A stretch of 64,000 bases of DNA, taken from positions 10,950-74,949 of IMG/VR virus record IMGVR_UViG_3300009161_006153; one strand, given 5' to 3'. The number at the start of each line of letters is the position of its first letter. Positions within the stretch are counted from its first letter, which is position 1. The stretch is from a virus. The notes under the pieces are model-generated. The model was not told where the DNA came from. It searched no databases and worked only from the letters and a program-made list of their open reading frames with translations. Shown in pieces: positions 9,436-18,090 of this stretch. Both the position numbers and the translations under genes were made by a program.

Positions 9436-9903
9436 ATGTTACATTTATTAGAATTTAATTTATTTAGTGGAAGCGCTACCCCAGGCTCTGCACCAGCAGG
9501 GGTTGAAGTTGCACCTCCTATCTTTGGAACTATCGATTTTAGCATGTCAAATGTATCGGATGATGCTATGTCTTTAATAGCTGGATTAATGGCTCAGTCA
9601 GTAATAAACTCTGGTGAAGCTGAGAAAATAGTAATGATGGCTAAGACTAATCCTAATTCCGCAGCTTCCTATCTACAGAATAAAATAGAGGGGATTCTTT
9701 CGCAAGTGCCTGGGACTAAACCAGAGTTTATTCAGCAGGTTAAAGGACAGGGATCAAATCTGGCTAAATATATGATACAGATAATTCCAGGTCTACTTGG
9801 AAATTTAAGCGATCAAGATATTGATTCCCACGAGTTAAAGCAAGATCCATCGAAGGTGACATTCTTCGATAGATTAGAGAAGTTTATTACTCCAGAGCAA
9901 TAA
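9436..9903 (+). CDS. Hypothetical protein, probably virion-associated
   Basis: ORF with a late promoter and a downstream terminator. N-terminus MLHLLEFNLF. Confidence 0.6.
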   Translation: MLHLLEFNLFSGSATPGSAPAGVEVAPPIFGTIDFSMSNVSDDAMSLIAGLMAQSVINSGEAEKIVMMAKTNPNSAASYLQNKIEGILSQVPGTKPEFIQQVKGQGSNLAKYMIQIIPGLLGNLSDQDIDSHELKQDPSKVTFFDRLEKFITPEQ

Positions 9904-9928
9904 GTTACCCATATAATACTCTATAAAT

Positions 9929-9960
9929 AAAAAGGTCCAAATTTACTTGGACCTTTTTTT
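9929..9960 (+). terminator. Rho-independent terminator
   Basis: AAAAAGGTCCAA-atttac-TTGGACCTTTTTTT hairpin. Confidence 0.88.
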
Positions 9961-9974
9961 ATTATCAAATGCTG

Positions 9975-10003
9975 GAAACTAAAGTCATGTTTACAGCTAA
10001 AAG
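9975..10003 (+). promoter_or_regulatory. Putative middle promoter GAAAC-N18-TAAAAG for the uvsX-41-47-46 operon
   Basis: Motif lies between the terminator and the uvsX start. Confidence 0.65.
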
Positions 10004-10027
10004 ATGTGTATAAAACAATTGAATACT

Positions 10028-11224
10028 ATGGCTAAATCTACTAGCGGATTTTCTTTTCTATCTTTAGATAAAGAACTGTCTAAAATAACTGGGTTTGAAA
10101 CTGGGTCTATCCTTGCTAATAATACTTTTAGCGAGGTTGATGAATGGATTCCTACTGGAAATTATCTTCTAAATGCACAGATCTCTGGGACACTTTTCGG
10201 GGGCGTCCCAAATACAAGGTCTTTTGGAGTTATGGGCGATCCAGGAACAGGTAAATCATTCTTCTGTCTCAATGTGGTTAGAGAGGCCCAAAAAATAGGG
10301 TATGATGTTATCTACTGTGACACAGAGGGAGCGATAGATAAAAATAGCGCTGAAAAATTTGGAATAGACCTTCAGAAAATTAGATATCAGCCGATCCAAA
10401 CAGTTTCACAATTCCAAACATTTGTTGCTAATGTTTTGGATATAGTCAAGAAGTCTAAATCTGAGGGGCAAAATCCTAAAATACTATTAGTTCTAGATTC
10501 ACTAGGTATGCTCTCAACGGATAAAGAGCTTAATGATGCTATCAAAGGACATAACGCTGCTGATATGGGGGCTAAAGCGAAGGAGCTTAGAAAACTATTT
10601 AGAGTAATCACACTTGATCTAACCGCTGCTAAAATCCCTCTTATATGCACAAATCACGTTTATGCTGGTGGAGGATATATGCCGACTAAAGAAAGTTCTG
10701 GGGGAGATGGACCTATCTTTGCAATGTCTGTTGTTTCATTTCTTTCAAAGGCTCAATTAAAGGATGGTGCAGGAACTAAAACAGGAATAATTGTTACATC
10801 CACATTAAAGAAAAGTAGATTTACAATACCAGAGCAAGTTAAATTCCATATCTCTTTTTCCCATGGGATGAATCCTTATGTTGGATTACAAGATTACGTT
10901 TCCTGGGAAGCGTGCGGAATAGAGAGAGGTAAATTTGAAGAAGTAAAAAATCCAGAAACAGGTAAAAAAGAATCTATATTCAAACCAAATTCAACAGCAC
11001 AAAGATGGGGAGTTAAGCATTTAGGAAAAACAGTTGCTTCTACTGAATTGTTTACTCCTGAGGTTTTCACAAATGATGTTTTAAAGCAACTTGATGAAAA
11101 AGTAATTAAAAATAAATTCAAGTTACCCGATCTTGTTGATCACTCGGATATCTTGGCCTCTATTGATGATGGAGTTGATTCTAAAAATGAAGATATAGAA
11201 CAAGATGGACCGGAACAAGATTAA
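10028..11224 (+). CDS. uvsX: UvsX/RecA-like recombinase
   Basis: IPTGNYLLNAQISG, Walker A GDPGTGKS, YCDTEGA, LVLDSLG, TNHVY and KKSRF motifs. ATG 10028 preferred as start. Confidence 0.92.
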   Translation: MAKSTSGFSFLSLDKELSKITGFETGSILANNTFSEVDEWIPTGNYLLNAQISGTLFGGVPNTRSFGVMGDPGTGKSFFCLNVVREAQKIGYDVIYCDTEGAIDKNSAEKFGIDLQKIRYQPIQTVSQFQTFVANVLDIVKKSKSEGQNPKILLVLDSLGMLSTDKELNDAIKGHNAADMGAKAKELRKLFRVITLDLTAAKIPLICTNHVYAGGGYMPTKESSGGDGPIFAMSVVSFLSKAQLKDGAGTKTGIIVTSTLKKSRFTIPEQVKFHISFSHGMNPYVGLQDYVSWEACGIERGKFEEVKNPETGKKESIFKPNSTAQRWGVKHLGKTVASTELFTPEVFTNDVLKQLDEKVIKNKFKLPDLVDHSDILASIDDGVDSKNEDIEQDGPEQD

Positions 11225-11486
11225 GCTTAAGTACTTATTAGGAATTTGGAAATCTCTACCAAATTACCCTTGTCATGAGGATGTTATCTACGAAATAAAA
11301 TCCTTTCTGCTTAAAGAGGATAAATCTGGAGGGGAATTCTCTTATCAAAATCTGAAAACAATTTTCGGATCAGACTATGAAAATAAGAATCATGGATTTA
11401 TTATTAAAGAGATGTTACAGTCTGGTGAGATAGAAGAGAAGATAAAGGGTCAGCAAAATAAGATCTGGTATAAATTGAAAAATTAA
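11205..11486 (+). CDS. Hypothetical protein (possible winged helix)
   Basis: ORF coupled between uvsX and the helicase. C-terminal GEIEE...WYKL is wHTH-like. Confidence 0.55.
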   Translation: MDRNKIKLKYLLGIWKSLPNYPCHEDVIYEIKSFLLKEDKSGGEFSYQNLKTIFGSDYENKNHGFIIKEMLQSGEIEEKIKGQQNKIWYKLKN

Positions 11487-11490
11487 GAAT

Positions 11491-12792
11491 ATGGAGTTAT
11501 CACATTCCGAGAATATTATTTTAAGATATGTAGTAAATAGTGCGGAATATCTAGAGTCGTGCAAACCTCATTTTTTCAAAAACGAGTCATTAGGTGAGAT
11601 CCTCGATTTAGTTAAGGATTTCTGGGATAAGTATCACGAAATTCCCACTCCAGATCAGATAATAGAATCTTCTAAAATACTAGGAAAAGATGGAAGGATT
11701 AGTAATTTAGAGATAAGAAGCATTTATGAAATAGATTTAACTAAATACGAGGAGGATTGGCTTAAAGAAACCACAGAGTTTTTTATAGAGTATAAAAATC
11801 TTACAAAATCTGCTATTGATGCTGTAAAGTATTTACAAACAACCTCTGTCTCTTCTGAGAATATTAAAAGTGTTATAGATACTTTCAAAAATATTATCAT
11901 TGAAAGAAATAACATAGATTTCTCTTTTGATGAGGGATTGGATTTTTTTAAACCAGATAGTCATAAACAATTAACATCTAGCACTTTTTCGAGTGGATAT
12001 CCTTTTATAGACACAGTTCTAGGAGGAGGATTTTCTGCTAAAGCACTTTATGTTTTTATGGGAATGCCAAAGGTTGGAAAATCTCTATGGCTAGGAAATC
12101 TTGCCGCACAGGCTGTTAAAACAGGTCACAATGTTGCAGTCATATCTTTAGAGATGGGTGATAGAAAGTATGTGAAAAGAATGGGCTCTAATTTATTAGG
12201 TATATCAATCTCCGATTACAATGAAACGTCTAGGGATGAGCAATCAATAAAGAAGAAAATAAATTCTATAACATTTGATAATCTGAGAGTACCTGGACAT
12301 TTATTAATTAAAGAATTTCCAACCTCTCAGGCTTCTGTAAACGATGTAGAGAGATATCTTAAAAAAGTTGAGGAGATAAGGGGCATTAAATTCAAAGTGG
12401 TAATAGTGGATTATATTAATATCATGAAGAATTGGAGAAATCCAAATACAGAGAATACCTATATGAAAATCAAGCAAATTGCTGAGGATCTACGAGGTTC
12501 AGCTATGTCTAATAATTGGTCTATTATCACAGCAACACAAACAAAACAAGGTGATTTCGATGCATCGGATTTAAGTATAAACTCTGCAGCTGAATCATCA
12601 GGTCTTGTTGCAACTGTTGATGGAATGTTTGGTATTATCCAAGACCCCATCATGTATGCAAACAAGGAATACAAACTAAAGATCTTAGCTAACAGAGATG
12701 ATGGTTACAAGAATGCACATAAGATATTTAATGTTGATTATAGATATATGAGAATAATGGAGGACTCTTCTATTCCCATGCACATAGAATAA
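11491..12792 (+). CDS. gp41: Replicative DNA helicase (T4 gp41/DnaB-like)
   Basis: GMPKVGKS Walker A, ISLEM, IVDYINI, IKQIAEDLRG, TATQT and AESSGL motifs. Confidence 0.93.
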   Translation: MELSHSENIILRYVVNSAEYLESCKPHFFKNESLGEILDLVKDFWDKYHEIPTPDQIIESSKILGKDGRISNLEIRSIYEIDLTKYEEDWLKETTEFFIEYKNLTKSAIDAVKYLQTTSVSSENIKSVIDTFKNIIIERNNIDFSFDEGLDFFKPDSHKQLTSSTFSSGYPFIDTVLGGGFSAKALYVFMGMPKVGKSLWLGNLAAQAVKTGHNVAVISLEMGDRKYVKRMGSNLLGISISDYNETSRDEQSIKKKINSITFDNLRVPGHLLIKEFPTSQASVNDVERYLKKVEEIRGIKFKVVIVDYINIMKNWRNPNTENTYMKIKQIAEDLRGSAMSNNWSIITATQTKQGDFDASDLSINSAAESSGLVATVDGMFGIIQDPIMYANKEYKLKILANRDDGYKNAHKIFNVDYRYMRIMEDSSIPMHIE

Positions 12793-12804
12793 AATCCATA
12801 AAAA

Positions 12805-13283
12805 ATGCAAGAAAAAAAGAAGACAAGAAGGAAGATAAGAAGGAAGATAAGAAAGTCTTAGGTGATAAAATATTTGGAGCTCATAATAATCCCACTAAGG
12901 AAAACGAATATAGTGAGAATTTTGAAGTAGATGATAGAAATAGAATAATCCAGGAATCCTATGATGAACAGGATTATCTCTATAAGAAGAAATTAGAGGA
13001 AATGGTGTATGATGCTTTCCAAACATCGAGATGGTTTCCATTGAGTTATAAGAAGAAAATTCCGAAAGATCTCATTCCCCATATTTTTCAAGAAGTTCTA
13101 GAAAAACTAGAAAACACTGAATACACCTTTTCAGAGAAATTTGTTTCAATCTGTGATTATATCCAAGTACCATATTCAAAGGCTTATGAGATAACCCCGA
13201 TAAAATATAAGGAGTTAATTATTAACGAGCTCGAGGTAAAATTTCAAATACTTTCAAAGAAAAAAATAAAGAGGCTTTTTTAA
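12805..13283 (+). CDS. Hypothetical protein, probably starting at ATG 12805 through a -1 frameshift (or a 1-nt sequence error) at A_AAA_AAG
   Basis: The frame of ORF 13002..13283 stays open for about 65 more codons upstream without an ATG. ATG 12805 is in the +1 frame and is followed by GAA AAA AAG. Confidence 0.55.
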
Positions 13284-14395
13284 TGTTAACCACTTCTGAT
13301 AATAATATACTAATTAATGATAGTGCAAGAAGAATTTGGTTTATTACAGATACCCATTTTGGTGTAAGAAATAATTCTAATGACTGGATAGATATTATGA
13401 GAGATTATTTCGAGAAATGGTTTATCCCTATGGTCGAAGAAAATTATAAACCTGGGGATATCCTGATTCATTTAGGTGATGTTTATGATTCAAGACAAAG
13501 CTTAAATATAAAGGTCTTAAATCTCGGTGTTTCTATATTTGAAAGCTTATCTAAAATTTTTAAAGATGGTATCTATGTTATAGCGGGGAATCACGATTTA
13601 TGGGGTAAAAATTCAAATGAAGTTAATTCACTTAAATCTATTAAGTGGATACCGATGGTTAATGTTATAGAAAATCCGCTAACTTTAAAAATCGGGGATA
13701 AGAATTTATTCATGATGCCATGGAGAGCAAACCACGAAGAGGAAGCACAAACACTCGAAACTGTTGATCCCCATGATATTCTTTGCTGCCATGCTGATAT
13801 AAGAGGATTGAAATTTAATAAATACACCACTGTTGAGGAGGGTGCATCTGTTGAGAAATTAAAAAAGTTTAAATTAGTTTATTCTGGTCATATCCATTAC
13901 TCCCAGAAAACTCAGAATATTAGAATGCTAGGTTCACCCTACGAGTTAACTAGATCTGATATAGATAATCCTAAATTTATTCTCCTTCTAGATCTTGAAA
14001 ATCTTGAGGAGAAAGTTTTTGTAAACGAGTTTTCTCCAAAGTTTAAAAAATTATATTTTAATGATATAATAGAAAAAACCCCGGAAGAGCTACTACCTGT
14101 TTTTAATAACAATTTCATTGATATTATGATAGATCCTTCGATGTCAATGAAAACACAGTTAAGCTTATTAACTGAGATTATCACTTCTTATAAGACCCTT
14201 AATTTTCATCCGTGGGATCCAAATCAAGCTACAACTTTATCAGACCAAATGTTTGATTCCGAGGGTAAGCAATTTGACGTTCTTGATTTTATTAAAGATT
14301 ACATATCATGCTTAGACGAAGAGTCCGCAGTTAAGGATAAGATGATAACTAGTCTTTCAAAACTATATTCCATAGTCATAAACCAAGAGAATTAA
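13283..14395 (+). CDS. gp47: Recombination endonuclease subunit (T4 gp47/Mre11/SbcD-like)
   Basis: DTHFG, LGDVYDSR, GNHD and SGHIH metallophosphoesterase motifs. Confidence 0.92.
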   Translation: MLTTSDNNILINDSARRIWFITDTHFGVRNNSNDWIDIMRDYFEKWFIPMVEENYKPGDILIHLGDVYDSRQSLNIKVLNLGVSIFESLSKIFKDGIYVIAGNHDLWGKNSNEVNSLKSIKWIPMVNVIENPLTLKIGDKNLFMMPWRANHEEEAQTLETVDPHDILCCHADIRGLKFNKYTTVEEGASVEKLKKFKLVYSGHIHYSQKTQNIRMLGSPYELTRSDIDNPKFILLLDLENLEEKVFVNEFSPKFKKLYFNDIIEKTPEELLPVFNNNFIDIMIDPSMSMKTQLSLLTEIITSYKTLNFHPWDPNQATTLSDQMFDSEGKQFDVLDFIKDYISCLDEESAVKDKMITSLSKLYSIVINQEN

Positions 14396-14399
14396 TTTA

Positions 14400-16064
14400 A
14401 TGAAGATAATAAAGGTTGAATGGAAAAACTTCGGTTCGTACGGTAATAGAAAGCAAGTATTAGAATTTCCTGAAGAATCCAAATTATATCAGGTTGTTGG
14501 AAATAACGGGGTTGGAAAAACAACAATATCCCAGGTTATATCTTTTTGCCTATTTGGAAAGGTAGAGGGAAAAAAACTTGGTGATATTCCAAATAGAATT
14601 AACGGTCATGCTTGGACTAAAATAGAATTTGAGAGCAGAGGCAGAATAGTAACTGTAGAAAGGGGGTTAGAGCCATCTATTTTCAATCTATATCTAGATG
14701 GTGTTATTTATGATCAAGCTGGAAGTAAAAATGTTCAGGATTATCTAGTTGATGAGCTAATAGGTTTACCTTTTTATGTTTTCAACAACACCATATCTTT
14801 ATCCATAAACGACTTCAAGTCTTTTATTAAAATGAGTCCTCAGGATAAAAGAGCTATAGTTGATAAGATATTTGGATTTCATATACTTAATCAAATGAGA
14901 GAGACCCTGAAATCTGAGATGAAAAGAATCAAAGAGGATGCTGACTCATTAAAGGGAAGTCTTTCTTCCCTTGAAAGAAGTATAGAGCAGTCTAATAATG
15001 AAATGAACAGGCTTTTATCTGAAATAGAAACACAGTCTAAAGATGAGATTGAAAAACTTAAGGATTCCCTATTAAAATTTAAAGAGCTTCAAAATGTTCA
15101 TAAAGGAAAAATTGAAGAGTTTATAATAATAGAGAATAATATGAGCTCCCTAGTTTCAGAGGCTAGTAGATCTCTTATACAAACAAGATCAGAAATACAG
15201 GAGTTGGAAAGAAGACTTAAATTATACCAATCTGATAAATGCCCAACATGCGAATCTGATCTTTCTGGTGATTTTCACAACTCGATAAAAGAAGAGCTTG
15301 AATCGGATAAACAAAATAAATCTATAGATCTTAAAAATTTTGATGATAATTTAAGAGATTTAAGATCTGAGGAGAATGAGCTTAGATTAAAAAAATCGGA
15401 TCTCACTGAGAAAGGAAATAAAATATCCGGTAAAATCAGAGAGATAAATTCTCAAATTGATAAGATAAATTCATCTAATCCGGATGCTCAAATAACATCC
15501 CTGAAAAGAATAAACGAGGGACTAAATTCAGATAAATTTAATGTTGAGTCTAAAATGCATTCTAGTCACGAAAGAAGTATCTGGATACAAAAATTAGATT
15601 CTGTTCTTGGTGAAAGGGGGGTAAAACAAATGGCGATTAAAACCATACTACCCTCACTTAATTCAGAAATCACCGATCTCCTCAGAGAAATGAATCTTGA
15701 GTTTCAGATCACATTCGATGATGAATTTAAGGCATCAATTTTTCATATGGGTGCAGAGATACCAGTCCAATCTTTAAGTACAGGTGAGATGAAAAAAGTA
15801 GATTTTGTTGTTCTTATTGCTATTATGAAGCTAATGAAGCTTAAATTCAGCACGATAAACCTTCTTTTTCTTGACGAGTTATTCAGTTCCGTTGACCCCG
15901 AGGGTGTCCATTCTATTTTAAAAATATTAAAAAAGAACTCAAAAAACATGGGCCTTAATATTTTTGTTATTAATCACGCTCAAATGCCCCACGAGATCTT
16001 CGATCTCAAGTTAGATGTTACAAAAACAAATAATTTCTCCTCTATTCAAGTGGATACGTTCTGA
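14400..16064 (+). CDS. gp46: Recombination ATPase subunit (T4 gp46/Rad50/SbcC-like)
   Basis: KNFGSYGN, GNNGVGKT, CPTC zinc hook, LSTGE and LFLDE motifs, with coiled coils. Confidence 0.93.
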   Translation: MKIIKVEWKNFGSYGNRKQVLEFPEESKLYQVVGNNGVGKTTISQVISFCLFGKVEGKKLGDIPNRINGHAWTKIEFESRGRIVTVERGLEPSIFNLYLDGVIYDQAGSKNVQDYLVDELIGLPFYVFNNTISLSINDFKSFIKMSPQDKRAIVDKIFGFHILNQMRETLKSEMKRIKEDADSLKGSLSSLERSIEQSNNEMNRLLSEIETQSKDEIEKLKDSLLKFKELQNVHKGKIEEFIIIENNMSSLVSEASRSLIQTRSEIQELERRLKLYQSDKCPTCESDLSGDFHNSIKEELESDKQNKSIDLKNFDDNLRDLRSEENELRLKKSDLTEKGNKISGKIREINSQIDKINSSNPDAQITSLKRINEGLNSDKFNVESKMHSSHERSIWIQKLDSVLGERGVKQMAIKTILPSLNSEITDLLREMNLEFQITFDDEFKASIFHMGAEIPVQSLSTGEMKKVDFVVLIAIMKLMKLKFSTINLLFLDELFSSVDPEGVHSILKILKKNSKNMGLNIFVINHAQMPHEIFDLKLDVTKTNNFSSIQVDTF

Positions 16065-16076
16065 TTTATGTTTTCA

Positions 16077-16084
16077 AATATATA
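16077..16084 (+). promoter_or_regulatory. Putative late promoter AATATATA
   Basis: Recurring motif upstream of TTG 16098. Confidence 0.6.
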
Positions 16085-16097
16085 GAGGAAAAAAACC

Positions 16098-16991
16098 TTG
16101 AGAAGAAGGCAAAGAGTCCTAGATAGGATTAAAGAGGATTTACAATTATCCCCCAGACAAAAAGATCAGGCGGTAAGACAGGTTTTAAATAGTGTCTCCG
16201 GAATGAGAAATATACCAGCAAATTATGTTGATCCTGATACTATTGGTCAGGGATTACTTGGGACTGGTCTTTTCAAACCCAGACCTAATATAGAGCAAAC
16301 TTATAACGAGCAGATCACAACAAAAGGCAAACCACTTTATATTAATGTTCAGACCTTCTCCCTGTTTTTTGTGGAATACAACAATTCAAATGTTAAAGGT
16401 ATTGGACAATATCTTAAATCATTTGCTGTTATAAGAACATTAAGTCCGATCTCTATTAAAGAATGCTCCAATCTACTAGGTAATCAAGCAAAAAATTTAA
16501 CAGGTTTAACCGAGCAAACTTATCAGAATGGTACTTTTTCTCATCCATCTTATATTAATGACGATGGAACTCCGCTGGTTATTAGGTATGCAGAAATCGG
16601 TATAATAACTCAGAGAACCCCAGGAAGACTTGATAATATTCCTCTTGGATTTCCAGATTTCGATTCTACCCCAGATGGGATTATTACAAGTGTTGGACCG
16701 ATACCTGGTCCTCCTTATGCTAGATTTGTTACCGCAACAGGAGCAACATTTCCCATTCAAACACCCCAAGGTGGTACAGTTTATTATATCGATGCAACTC
16801 CACAAACACCGTGGCAATTTGCTCCTACAGGGTGGGTTTGGGATTTTGGAGCAACTGCTTCGCCATCAGGAAGCACTGCGCAAAACCCGCCTATCGTAAC
16901 ATACTCGACAGCTGGAACTTTCACAGTTTCCCTAACCGCATCAAATGCTTATGGATCAAACACAACAACCAGTTTTGTTGTAGTAACATAA
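16098..16991 (+). CDS. PKD-domain (Ig-like) virion protein
   Basis: C-terminal WVWDFG...STAQNP..VTYSTAGTFTVSLTASNAYGS is a PKD signature. Confidence 0.75.
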   Translation: MRRRQRVLDRIKEDLQLSPRQKDQAVRQVLNSVSGMRNIPANYVDPDTIGQGLLGTGLFKPRPNIEQTYNEQITTKGKPLYINVQTFSLFFVEYNNSNVKGIGQYLKSFAVIRTLSPISIKECSNLLGNQAKNLTGLTEQTYQNGTFSHPSYINDDGTPLVIRYAEIGIITQRTPGRLDNIPLGFPDFDSTPDGIITSVGPIPGPPYARFVTATGATFPIQTPQGGTVYYIDATPQTPWQFAPTGWVWDFGATASPSGSTAQNPPIVTYSTAGTFTVSLTASNAYGSNTTTSFVVVT

Positions 16992-17000
16992 AGAACTATT

Positions 17001-17750
17001 ATGTCAGGATTTTTAGAAAAATACAATACAGATGAGGTGTTCCTCAGAGGTCTTATAGGATCTTTCCTAAGAAGTCTAAATGATAAAGTAAGATACATCC
17101 AAATAAATGATCAGCAGCAAATACTGGAGGTTTTTATTCCTTTCTTTTACTCGATGACAGGTGATGAATCTTTCCTTCAAGATTTCTTTATCCAGTACCG
17201 TAACTGTTTAACTGATCATATTATAGCGGAGGGAAACTATGATGTAATACCTAGAGGAATAGTAACCATGGGTCAATCCCAAATAGACACACAGGCATTG
17301 GCTAACAAGTATACCCGGATGTCATACACCCGGGAAACCACGGAGGGAGAAATGAAAACATTTTCATCATTCACTAATTCGTTACCCTTGAATATAGGCT
17401 TTGATGTAAATATTAAAACTGACACACTCCTTGATGCTTTCAAAATATATCAGGCTGTCATACAAACATTTTATAAAACATACACTTTTAGTTTTGAGTA
17501 TGATGGATTTAGAATACCTTGTCAGGTTGGATTTCCCGAGAGTTATGATATGACAAAGCAATTAGAATTTAGCTATAACAATTCTCCACAGTTTATAGAA
17601 TTTAAATTTTCTGTTCAGATAGAAACATATTTTCCGGAAAAAGATCTTACAACCGAGAGGTTTAGAGGTAATCTCATGCAAGCTGGGATAAAAATGGAGG
17701 ACGTGGTGAGTTTAAGATCTTTACCAAAGAAAGACAACAATATACTTTAA
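17001..17750 (+). CDS. gp15: Tail sheath stabilizer/terminator (T4 gp15-like)
   Basis: VFIPFFY, IPRG, LPLNIGFDVNI and FKFSVQIETYFP patterns, in structural-gene context. Confidence 0.6.
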   Translation: MSGFLEKYNTDEVFLRGLIGSFLRSLNDKVRYIQINDQQQILEVFIPFFYSMTGDESFLQDFFIQYRNCLTDHIIAEGNYDVIPRGIVTMGQSQIDTQALANKYTRMSYTRETTEGEMKTFSSFTNSLPLNIGFDVNIKTDTLLDAFKIYQAVIQTFYKTYTFSFEYDGFRIPCQVGFPESYDMTKQLEFSYNNSPQFIEFKFSVQIETYFPEKDLTTERFRGNLMQAGIKMEDVVSLRSLPKKDNNIL

Positions 17751-17790
17751 TCTTCCCCGCAGTTTAGAATATATAAAGGAAAAAACTAAG

Positions 17791-18087
17791 ATGGCAAACA
17801 TCGACGATGTAAGTATTCCTGGTTTATCCTCCAATATTATAGACGGTAGCACAAGTCAAACTAACGATCAGCTCTATTTTGTGGGGACCGGTAGAAACTA
17901 TGTGAAAAAGGTTGATTCTGCAACAACTGCTTATATCAAACAGACCGGTAATTTCTATCAAAACACAAACCCAGTAGGGAAAGATTTTAGTGACATTTTA
18001 GATGGCGGAAGCTCCAGCAGAAGCACATCACAGTTCTTAGCCCCTATAGTTGGAGGGGTATTTCCAACACAGAAAACAGGAGTATAA
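17791..18087 (+). CDS. Small virion-associated hypothetical protein
   Basis: Late promoter AATATATA at 17768-17775. Precedes the fibre gene. Confidence 0.55.
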   Translation: MANIDDVSIPGLSSNIIDGSTSQTNDQLYFVGTGRNYVKKVDSATTAYIKQTGNFYQNTNPVGKDFSDILDGGSSSRSTSQFLAPIVGGVFPTQKTGV

Positions 18088-18090
18088 CAA

